DNA of 55,824 nt. Source: Vicingaceae bacterium (lineage in GTDB: Bacteria; Bacteroidota; Bacteroidia; Flavobacteriales_E; Vicingaceae). The notes under the pieces were generated by a model. That model saw nothing but the letters and a program-made list of their open reading frames with translations. It had not been told where the DNA came from and ran no database searches. Made by a program: the position numbers and the translations under genes. This document shows positions 37,381-45,696 of this stretch, one piece after another (position 1 is the first letter of the stretch; each line of letters begins with the position of its first letter). Where the stretch lies: positions 1-55,824 of the forward strand of contig JBMYXB010000001.1 of assembly GCA_049608005.1 (NCBI GenBank), read 5' to 3'.

Positions 37381-40300
37381 ATGACAAGAAAAAACTTACA
37401 TAAAATAACATTTACACTACTAATACTTATTAGTAGTATTAGTTCTAAAGCGCAATACGCCTCAGAAGAAGAGCTGAAATCTGCAGCAAACGAAATGTTT
37501 GATCAAGAAAACTATGTAGGCTCTATTAAGCTTTTTGGGCAATTATTGAGTAATTATCCTAAAGATGCTAGTTATAATTACAAATATGGTGCTTGTTTAC
37601 TTTTTGGTTCTTCTGATAAAGATAAATCGTTGAGGTATTTAAAATTTGCTGTTACCAAACCTAATGTAGATCCTTTAGCCTATTATTACCTTGCCAAAGC
37701 ACATCATCATAATTATGCGTTTTCTAAAGCTATAGTAAATTACAATTTATTTAAAGATAAAGGAAGTTCTAAAATAGTAGATAAATATGATGTAGATAGA
37801 AATATAAACATGTGCCAAAATGGGCAACAGCTTATTAAAAGTATGTTAAATATTGGCGTATTAAGTAATAAAGAAATTAAAAGTACCGACTTTTTTAGAT
37901 CTTATAAATTAAATGGAATTGGAGGTAAAATTATTGTTAAGCCAGATGATTTTAAAACAAAATTAGATAATAAAAAGAATGAAAATTCTGTCATATATCT
38001 TGGAGAGAAAAAAGATATGGTTGTGTATTCATCTTATGGTAAGGATGGATCTACAGGTAAAGACATATATAAAGTTGTAAAATTAGCTTCAGGAGAATGG
38101 AGTAAACCAGTTTCGATAAGCAACAATATCAATACTAAATTTGATGAAGACTATCCTTTTTTACATCCTGATGGTAAAACACTTTATTTTAGCTCTAAAG
38201 GTTATAACAGTATGGGAGGTTATGATGTTTTTAAATCTGTTTTTGATGCATCAACAGGTAATTGGGGAGTACCAGAAAATTTAGATTTTCCGATAAATAC
38301 ACCAGATGATGATATTTTATATATTTCGGATATTGAAAATAAATTGGCATACTTTGCTTCTACCAGAGCAAGCAAGCAAGGAGAAATTACCGTTTATAAT
38401 GTTACTGTTGATGCTACTCCTGTAGAAAATTCTGTGATAAAAGGATTTTTTATTGCAGAATCTAACCCAAGCATTAAAGATGCTACCATTACTGTAATGG
38501 ATGTAGAAAGCGAAAGGAGATATGGTGTTTATAAAACACATCAAGTAGATGGAGCTTATTTATTATCTTTTCCGAGTAATGGAGGAAAGTTTAAACTTTT
38601 AGTAGAAACTACTGATACTGCTCCAGTGCATGCTGCGGTAATAGAATTACCCGAGTTAGATGGGTTTAGAGCATTAAAACAAGAGTTAAGATTAGTTGGA
38701 TTAGGTAATGATGAAAAACTTGTTGTTAAAAATTTATTTGATGAATCTGATGAGTTCGACATTAATGACCCTCTATTTGTTCAGAACATTTTAAAATCTA
38801 GAGCAAAGTTAGCTGTTAATACTACCGAAGAAGAATTAAATAATAAGCCTAAAGTTGACACAAATTTAATAGCTAAAAATGAATCTGTATTTGCTAACTT
38901 GTCTGATGCTGATCTTGTTAACCAAGTTAAAAAGCAAACTGATAAAATTAATGAGCAAACATCTGAGTCTAAAAAGTTAGCAAATACATCGTTTAACATT
39001 GCCAAAATTAAAAGTGTTGCAGCCAAAAAACTATATAAAGAAGCTAAAACACTTATGGCAAATGGAGAAGTTTTAAAAGCTGAAAGTAAAAAAGTTGAAG
39101 CATCAAAAATGATTGATGAAGTAATGACAGCTTTAACAGTTGCAAAATCTATAGAAAATGAAGCGGTTGAAAGAGGAAGTGATTTGAAAAAAGTAAACAC
39201 TTTAAAAGAGTCAATTAATTTAAGTATAGAAAATGAAGATAGATTAGCAGCAGAAAAACAATTAGCGACCTTAAATGAAATAACTGAAGCAAGTTATTTT
39301 ACAACTTCTGCAATAGATACAGAAATAGAAATACTAGAAAAAGATTTAATAACAAAACAAGCAATATTTAATAAGGATAGAGAAAAAGTTGTTGTCTTAA
39401 AAAATAGAGAATATGAATTGATGGAAACTATTGAGGGTTTACAATCGGAATTAAAAACTATTAAAAAGAAAAAAGGTAAGGCAGAAATACAGGCGAGAAT
39501 AGATGCTATTAAAATTGATTTAGAAGATACTAGATTTGACGTTGAAAACGCTCAGAAAAAAGAAGAAATATCTAAACCAAGCTATCTTAAAATTAAAAAC
39601 CAATTGGCAACCACAACTAAGGTTATTGCTGCTATAAATAGTAATGATACAGATAAACAGCTTATTTCAGATAATGAAAAATTGCAATTAGAGAATGATG
39701 TTCAAAATTTTAAAAATGAAGGACTAGTAGGGCTTAAAGCTATAAAGGAGCCAACAGTCGATGCTGTAGCAGAAGTTGATGTAAAAGATAGTAGTTACAA
39801 AATTGAAGAACACAAAAACGAGTTTGAAATAATTAATAATGAAGGAGAAATAATTGATTATAATAGTAAATATACCGCAGCTTTACCAGATAGCTTAGCA
39901 GATGGAAATGTTGCTGATAGAGCTAAAATTGTTATTAAAATTAATGAAAGTTGGATTAAAGATATTGATGAAGAAATTAAGTTGAGAGAAAACCAATTAG
40001 CAGGAGAAACTGCTTTAAATAAAAAAATAGAATTAACTGAAAAAATTGAAGCACTTAAAACATTAAAACAAGAAAAACAAAATCAATTATCAGAAAATAC
40101 AAGCTTAATTGCGGATAATGTTCCAACTAATAGTGAAGTAGAAACAAGTGCAAACAAATCAGAAGCTGAAACACCAACAGTTGATGATGCTACTAAGAGT
40201 ATAAAAGAACAAATTGAAGCGATTGATACAAAAGGAAATGTTGTTGATTATAAAACGGCATATACCAATAAGTTAAAATTAATAGAAGATAACAATGAAA

Positions 40301-43300
40301 ATGAATCGTTTAAAACTAAGGCAGCAATTCATGCTAATTGGGCAAAAACTACCGAACAAGAAATATCATTTAAAAAAGAAAAACTAGCCACTGTTGAAGG
40401 TGATGAAAAGAATGAATTACAAAATGAAATTGCTATTTTAGAAAGTAATTTAATGGAGCAACGAGAGTTTTCTGATCTTTATAACATGCAAATAGCAGCA
40501 GAAGTTGAAGATGAAATTGCTACAGAAACAACAACCACAAATAATGAAAATGTAAATAATGAAGCAACTGAAACTGAAACCAATACCAATACACCTCTTT
40601 TAGAAAGCGAAAATTTACTTACAGAAACAAAAGATACAACAACTGAAAATAATGCTGAACTTGCTGTAGCTGAAACGGTTATTGAAGATACAATTGTAAA
40701 TTCTGAAAATGAGACTAATACCGAAGCAGGAAACTATCAAAAAAATTATATTGCTCAATTAGATGAGGTTGATGATGAGGATACGTATGAAAATTCAATG
40801 AAAAAGGCGAATATTCATAACAATTGGGTAGCCGCTATTAAAACTGAAATTTCAGAAAAGGAAACAACACTATTAAATGCTAGTGAGGGTCAAAAAAATG
40901 ATTTAGAAAACGAAATTGCCATTTTACAAAGTAATTTATTAGAGCAAGAAGAATTTGCTATGTTATATCAGTTACAAGCAGAAACGCAAACACCAATTGC
41001 AAATAACCAAAATAAAGACAGTGAATTAGCTACAAATGAAATTACAAGTGAGGTTGAAGAAACAGATAGTTTAGAACTTGAACCAATTGTTAATAATGAA
41101 AACAATGTTGCAGATGTTTTAAATAAAGAAGAGATTACAGATGTTAATGAAAATGCTACAGAAGTTAATGAGTTAATTGCTAATGAAGCAGTAAATAATA
41201 CAACAGAAAACATTACTGCAAAAAATGAGCTTGAAGAAAGTGAAATAATAGCGAATACTGAAAACGAAAACAAAGCGATAGAAGACAATAAAAAAGGTGT
41301 TCAAAAATTAACTGAAAATGAACTGACTGAAAATAATTTGAATTCTCCTGAGGATGATTTTTCTAACCTTAAGTACAATAATACATTTAACTACACCTCA
41401 AATCAATCTAAAGCAGTGCTTCGATCAATTACTGAATTAAAGCAAGAGGCTAAAGATTTAAAGGAGGAAGGAACAGAAAAAAGTATTGCTGCAGATAAAA
41501 TCAGAAAAAAATCTGAAAGAGAAAAGGCATTATCAGAATCGGAAGATATATTAAATAAAGCAAGTAGGAAAGAAGAAGAAATAGCAAAAGTTTATGAAAA
41601 TGCTAATAGAAATGAATTTTATAAAAAACAGGCTTTAATATCTAAATTAAAAACAGAAAATACTAACCTAACAACAGATAACGCAATTAGAGTTGATTTA
41701 TTAATAGAAGAATCGGATAATTATTATAGTCAAGCAAAAGATAAGAGAGAAGAAGCAGAAAATGCCCCTAACTTTAATGTTAAAGAAAATGCTTTACAAA
41801 AAGCTTACGAATTAGAAATGAAAGCGATAGAAAAGCAATTGGAGGTTACTTATATGTTAACAAACAATAATAATGATGAATTGTTAGCAAATACCACTAG
41901 TAATGAAGAGCGTTTAGAAAATAAAAATATTGCTGTAGAAAATGAAAGTGTTGAAAATGAAACACCTTTAGTAGAAGAAGTTGAAATAGCATCGTTAGCT
42001 ATAACAAAACCAAAAGAAGAGGTAACACAAGCAGATGAGCAATTATTAATAAACCTTGAGCCTTTTGAAGTTAGTGCAGCTAAAGAAACAGAAGATTTTA
42101 AAACTTATGCAGCTTTAAAAACAATTAAAAGAAGATTGGTAAAAGAAGCTGAGGTAGAATATGTATTGGCAGAAAAGCTAGCGAAAGAAATTAGTGAACA
42201 AAAGCAATTAGAAAAAACGTTGAAAGCTAAATCTGATGAAGCTTTAAATGCAGCGGATAAACAAAGTAATAAAACAGAAATAGAACAATTAGAAAAAGCT
42301 ATTGCCGAAAATTCAATTGAATTAAATAAAATAAAAGAACAGATTTTATTAAAACAAAAGAAAGCACAAGAGGCTGAAGACAAATCGAACAATATTTTAA
42401 ATAATACAGATGAACAAATTGCTAAAAGGATAGTAGCTATTGAAAAAGCAGAAACTTTTGATGTTGATTTAATAGAGCGAGTGATGGCTAAATCTGTAAC
42501 TTTAGATGCAAATAAAGAGCCATTAACATTAAATGAAAGCAATATAAATAACACGGAATTAATTGATGTTAGTGAAGAAAAAATAACTCCAGAAAATATT
42601 GATGTGATACCATCCACTTTAAGTAAATCAATATTTGTAATTAATAAAAATAAAGCCGTTTATAACGAAACTAAAAGAATACCAACTACAACAAGATTGC
42701 CAGAAGGCTTAGTGTTTAAAGTACAGGTCGGGGCTTTTAGAAATGCAATTCCTCAAGATCATTTTAAAGGATTTGCACCAATTTTAGCAGAAAATGCAGG
42801 TAACGGAATAACAAGATATACAGCTGGTCTTTTTAATGCCTTTAATGCAGCCAACCAAGCTAAAGATGCGATTAGAGAAATAGGGTATTCTGATGCCTTT
42901 GTTGTAGCCTTTTTTAATGGTAAGAGAATTAATATTAACGAAGCAAGGGCTATGTTAAGCAATACTGCTATTGCAGCAAATACAGCTACAAATAATACAG
43001 TTACAGACAATGTTAATCCTATTAATAAAACAGAAAAATCGACAGAAAACCAAGCTGTAGTATCAACTGAAAAAACAATACCGCAAACTGAAATAAACAC
43101 TACAACTGCTAACCAACCTATTTTAACGCAAGAAGTAAAAGATGGAGTATCAACAGATGTTAGAAATATTAGCGGAGCCTTTTATACAATACAAGTTGGA
43201 GTTTATTCTAAGCCTGTAACAGCCAATCAATTAAATAATGTATCTCCTTTAAACAGTGAGCGAACAGCATCTGGTTTAATAAGATATACTTCTGGAGTTT

Positions 43301-43872
43301 ATAAAACATTAGATGATGCAAATAAAGGGAAAGATAAAATTAGAGCTTTGGGTATTTCTGATGCTTTTGTTGTGGCTTATAAAGCTGGTAAAAAAATAAC
43401 GATAGCAGTAGCTACAGCAAGCTTAAATGAAAATACAGAACTTAAAGAAAACGATGCTCAAGAAACCCCTCAAAATAATGAGGATAATAAAGTTGAAAAT
43501 GAATTACCCGAAAATACGAGCAATACTACAGAAAATACAATAGATGAGGAAAATTCAGACAATACAGCTGTGGCTGATGTTGCAAATCAATTAAACATTG
43601 TATTTAAAGTGAAATTAGGAGAATATACTGAAGAGGTACCAGTAGAGGATGCTGGATTATATTTAAAATTAAATGGTAGGGGTGTTAAAATAATTGAAGA
43701 AAACAATAAAACAATTTATACCATTGGTTCGTTCTCTACCTATCAATCTGCTAAAGAAATGCAAGCAGAGATGAAAACATTAGGAATTAAAAATCCTGAA
43801 ACGATAGCATTTAAAGACAACAACCAAATTGAAATTGAAGCGGCTTTAGATTTAATAAAAAATAATCAATAA
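37381..43872 (+). CDS. giant envelope protein: signal peptide, TPR-like, PD40/TolB-like propeller, CarboxypepD_reg-like, ~1300-aa coiled coil / low-complexity region, three C-terminal SPOR-like domains
   Basis: 2163 aa. PD40-type motifs DEDYPFLHPDGKTLYFSS and DDDILYISDIENKLAYFAS lie at nt ~38020-38420. A beta-sandwich-like segment reads IKGFFIAE...FKLLVETTD. An E/K/N/T-rich heptad-like region spans nt ~38790-42690. SPOR-like modules are FKVQVGAFRN...GYSDAFVVAFFNGKRI (42700-42960), YTIQVGVYSK...GISDAFVVAYKAGKKI (43174-43410) and a degenerate third (43588-43850). Confidence 0.8.
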   Translation: MTRKNLHKITFTLLILISSISSKAQYASEEELKSAANEMFDQENYVGSIKLFGQLLSNYPKDASYNYKYGACLLFGSSDKDKSLRYLKFAVTKPNVDPLAYYYLAKAHHHNYAFSKAIVNYNLFKDKGSSKIVDKYDVDRNINMCQNGQQLIKSMLNIGVLSNKEIKSTDFFRSYKLNGIGGKIIVKPDDFKTKLDNKKNENSVIYLGEKKDMVVYSSYGKDGSTGKDIYKVVKLASGEWSKPVSISNNINTKFDEDYPFLHPDGKTLYFSSKGYNSMGGYDVFKSVFDASTGNWGVPENLDFPINTPDDDILYISDIENKLAYFASTRASKQGEITVYNVTVDATPVENSVIKGFFIAESNPSIKDATITVMDVESERRYGVYKTHQVDGAYLLSFPSNGGKFKLLVETTDTAPVHAAVIELPELDGFRALKQELRLVGLGNDEKLVVKNLFDESDEFDINDPLFVQNILKSRAKLAVNTTEEELNNKPKVDTNLIAKNESVFANLSDADLVNQVKKQTDKINEQTSESKKLANTSFNIAKIKSVAAKKLYKEAKTLMANGEVLKAESKKVEASKMIDEVMTALTVAKSIENEAVERGSDLKKVNTLKESINLSIENEDRLAAEKQLATLNEITEASYFTTSAIDTEIEILEKDLITKQAIFNKDREKVVVLKNREYELMETIEGLQSELKTIKKKKGKAEIQARIDAIKIDLEDTRFDVENAQKKEEISKPSYLKIKNQLATTTKVIAAINSNDTDKQLISDNEKLQLENDVQNFKNEGLVGLKAIKEPTVDAVAEVDVKDSSYKIEEHKNEFEIINNEGEIIDYNSKYTAALPDSLADGNVADRAKIVIKINESWIKDIDEEIKLRENQLAGETALNKKIELTEKIEALKTLKQEKQNQLSENTSLIADNVPTNSEVETSANKSEAETPTVDDATKSIKEQIEAIDTKGNVVDYKTAYTNKLKLIEDNNENESFKTKAAIHANWAKTTEQEISFKKEKLATVEGDEKNELQNEIAILESNLMEQREFSDLYNMQIAAEVEDEIATETTTTNNENVNNEATETETNTNTPLLESENLLTETKDTTTENNAELAVAETVIEDTIVNSENETNTEAGNYQKNYIAQLDEVDDEDTYENSMKKANIHNNWVAAIKTEISEKETTLLNASEGQKNDLENEIAILQSNLLEQEEFAMLYQLQAETQTPIANNQNKDSELATNEITSEVEETDSLELEPIVNNENNVADVLNKEEITDVNENATEVNELIANEAVNNTTENITAKNELEESEIIANTENENKAIEDNKKGVQKLTENELTENNLNSPEDDFSNLKYNNTFNYTSNQSKAVLRSITELKQEAKDLKEEGTEKSIAADKIRKKSEREKALSESEDILNKASRKEEEIAKVYENANRNEFYKKQALISKLKTENTNLTTDNAIRVDLLIEESDNYYSQAKDKREEAENAPNFNVKENALQKAYELEMKAIEKQLEVTYMLTNNNNDELLANTTSNEERLENKNIAVENESVENETPLVEEVEIASLAITKPKEEVTQADEQLLINLEPFEVSAAKETEDFKTYAALKTIKRRLVKEAEVEYVLAEKLAKEISEQKQLEKTLKAKSDEALNAADKQSNKTEIEQLEKAIAENSIELNKIKEQILLKQKKAQEAEDKSNNILNNTDEQIAKRIVAIEKAETFDVDLIERVMAKSVTLDANKEPLTLNESNINNTELIDVSEEKITPENIDVIPSTLSKSIFVINKNKAVYNETKRIPTTTRLPEGLVFKVQVGAFRNAIPQDHFKGFAPILAENAGNGITRYTAGLFNAFNAANQAKDAIREIGYSDAFVVAFFNGKRININEARAMLSNTAIAANTATNNTVTDNVNPINKTEKSTENQAVVSTEKTIPQTEINTTTANQPILTQEVKDGVSTDVRNISGAFYTIQVGVYSKPVTANQLNNVSPLNSERTASGLIRYTSGVYKTLDDANKGKDKIRALGISDAFVVAYKAGKKITIAVATASLNENTELKENDAQETPQNNEDNKVENELPENTSNTTENTIDEENSDNTAVADVANQLNIVFKVKLGEYTEEVPVEDAGLYLKLNGRGVKIIEENNKTIYTIGSFSTYQSAKEMQAEMKTLGIKNPETIAFKDNNQIEIEAALDLIKNNQ

Positions 43873-43874
43873 AT

Positions 43875-44147
43875 ATGACAGAAACATTAACTGAACAAAT
43901 TGTAGAATTAAAAGAAAGTGTAGTTAAAGAACATGTTTTAGTATTGTTTGATGATAATGTAAACACTTTTGATCATGTAATAGAATTACTGGTTAAAGTT
44001 TGCAAACATGATGTTGTACAGGCAGAACAATGTGCTACTTTAGTACATTATACAGGTAAATGTGCCGTTAAAAAAGGAACTTTTAAAGAATTGCAATTAA
44101 TGGCCGAATTACTAGGCGATAGTGGTTTAACAGTTGAGGTAAATTAA
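43875..44147 (+). CDS. clpS: ATP-dependent Clp protease adaptor ClpS
   Basis: 90 aa. The core FDDNVNTFDHVIELLVKVCKHDVVQAEQCATLVHYTGKCAV matches the ClpS fold pattern. It starts 2 nt after the stop of the giant gene. Confidence 0.88.
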   Translation: MTETLTEQIVELKESVVKEHVLVLFDDNVNTFDHVIELLVKVCKHDVVQAEQCATLVHYTGKCAVKKGTFKELQLMAELLGDSGLTVEVN

Positions 44148-44201
44148 TTTAACTTTAAGCTGTTTTGTTTACTTGGTAGCTTTTAATTAATAGAATAAAA
44201 T

Positions 44202-45014
44202 ATGAATAATTCAATTAAAAAAATAGTATTTATTAGTGCATTAGCATTAATGTTTTGGTCGTGTGCAACAGTGCCAATTTCTGGAAGAAAGCAAATTAGT
44301 TTATTGCCAGAAAGCCAAATGATGAGTATGAGTTTAACGCAATATCAAACATTTTTATCAGAAAACAAAACCGTTAGTGATAAAATGGAACAAGCTAAAT
44401 TGGTAAAAAGAGTAGGGCAAAGAATAGCACATTCGGTTGAGCAGTATATGAAAGACAATAACATGTCGGGCAGAATTAAAAACTATAAATGGGAATTTAA
44501 TTTAGTGGAAGATAATACCGTAAATGCTTGGTGTATGCCAGGAGGAAAAGTGGTTGTTTATACAGGTATTTTACCAGTTACCGAATCTGAAGATGGATTG
44601 GCAGTTGTAATGGGGCATGAAATTGCACATGCAATTGCACGACACGGAAATGAAAGAATGAGCCAAGGAATGCTTGCACAAGGAATTACTGCAGGAGTTG
44701 CAGTTGCTGCTCGCGAACAACCAGACTTAATGCAATCGCTACTTTTAAGTGCTGTTGGAGCAGGTTCGCAAGTAGGAATGCTGGCATTTGGAAGAAACCA
44801 AGAAAGTGAAGCAGATAAATTAGGGATGGTTTTTATGGCAATGGCAGGTTATCAGCCAGCCGAAGCAATTCCTTTTTGGGGAAGAATGAAAAAAGTTGGG
44901 GGAGGAGGCGATACTCCAGAATTTATGAGAACACACCCTAGTCATGATATTAGAATAGATAGAATAAAAGAATGGTTACCCACTGCAGAATCTTATTATA
45001 ATAAAGCCGAATAA
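44202..45014 (+). CDS. M48 family zinc metallopeptidase lipoprotein
   Basis: 270 aa with a lipoprotein signal (MFWSC). HEIAHAIARH HExxH, downstream ESEADKLG, and NAWCMPGGKVVVYTG typical of the M48/BepA-like family. Confidence 0.85.
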   Translation: MNNSIKKIVFISALALMFWSCATVPISGRKQISLLPESQMMSMSLTQYQTFLSENKTVSDKMEQAKLVKRVGQRIAHSVEQYMKDNNMSGRIKNYKWEFNLVEDNTVNAWCMPGGKVVVYTGILPVTESEDGLAVVMGHEIAHAIARHGNERMSQGMLAQGITAGVAVAAREQPDLMQSLLLSAVGAGSQVGMLAFGRNQESEADKLGMVFMAMAGYQPAEAIPFWGRMKKVGGGGDTPEFMRTHPSHDIRIDRIKEWLPTAESYYNKAE

Positions 45015-45016
45015 AA

Positions 45017-45487
45017 ATGATGAACAAATTATTTTTAATAATTGCAATTGCATCAAGTTTAGTTGCATGCCAATCAGAAAACAGAATTTTTGAAGAACAT
45101 CAAGAATTATCTCCAGAAATAGAGTGGTTAAAAAAAGATGTTAAAACTTTTAAAGTGCCAATTTCTGATAATAAATTAAAGTATAATTTAAGTTTATCTT
45201 TTAGATATGCAAATGGCTATCAGTATGAAACGGTAAATGTAAAGGTTAAAGAAACTAGCCCAAGTGGCAAAGAAGCTATACAAGAGTATAATTTAAAAGT
45301 TAGAGCAACTAATGGAGATTATATTGGCGAGCCTGGTTTTGATATTTGGGATAGCGAACATTTAATTGAACCCAACAAAATATATTTAGAAAATGGAGAA
45401 TACACGTACACTATTGAGCAAAACACGCCAGTAGATCCATTAAACTTTGCAATGGAAATAGGTGTGATTTTAGATAAAACTCAATAA
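45017..45487 (+). CDS. gldH: gliding motility lipoprotein GldH-like
   Basis: 156 aa with a lipoprotein signal (SLVAC). The pattern C-x5-IFEE...W-x-KD-V-x-F...KYNLSLSFRY...Y-x-Y...G-x-Y-x-Y-x-I-x-Q resembles my recollection of Flavobacterium GldH. This is recognition only. Confidence 0.55.
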   Translation: MMNKLFLIIAIASSLVACQSENRIFEEHQELSPEIEWLKKDVKTFKVPISDNKLKYNLSLSFRYANGYQYETVNVKVKETSPSGKEAIQEYNLKVRATNGDYIGEPGFDIWDSEHLIEPNKIYLENGEYTYTIEQNTPVDPLNFAMEIGVILDKTQ

Positions 45488-45554
45488 ATTAGGGATTGTT
45501 AAACATAAACCCTTTCTAAAATCAAATAATAAAAGTGTAGTTTTCTTAAACAAA

Positions 45555-45584
45555 TTTGGTATTAAAATAAAAAGTCTATCTTTG
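45555..45584 (+). promoter_or_regulatory. candidate Bacteroidota promoter (TTTG -33, TATCTTTG -7) for the DEAD-box helicase gene
   Basis: TTTG at 45555-45558 and TATCTTTG at 45577-45584, with an 18-nt spacer. This predicts a ~105-nt 5' UTR before the ATG at 45697. Confidence 0.5.
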
Positions 45585-45696
45585 CGGTCGCTAACCAAAA
45601 AATGGATAGCATTGTGAACCAGCCAATTGGTTAAAACAATTCAGCGATTAAGTCCCGCTTTTACGTTTTATGCCAGTTCGGTATAAAATATAAAAT

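Noticed and set aside
38781-43100. Long antisense ORFs within the giant gene (38781..39200, 40968..41288, 42105..42617, 42759..43100, and others)
   Set aside because: They lie opposite a GAA/AAA/ACT-rich coding strand whose complement (TTC/TTT/AGT) rarely creates stops. Their translations are Ser/Phe/Leu/Ala low-complexity strings. The sense ORF is uninterrupted for 6.5 kb.
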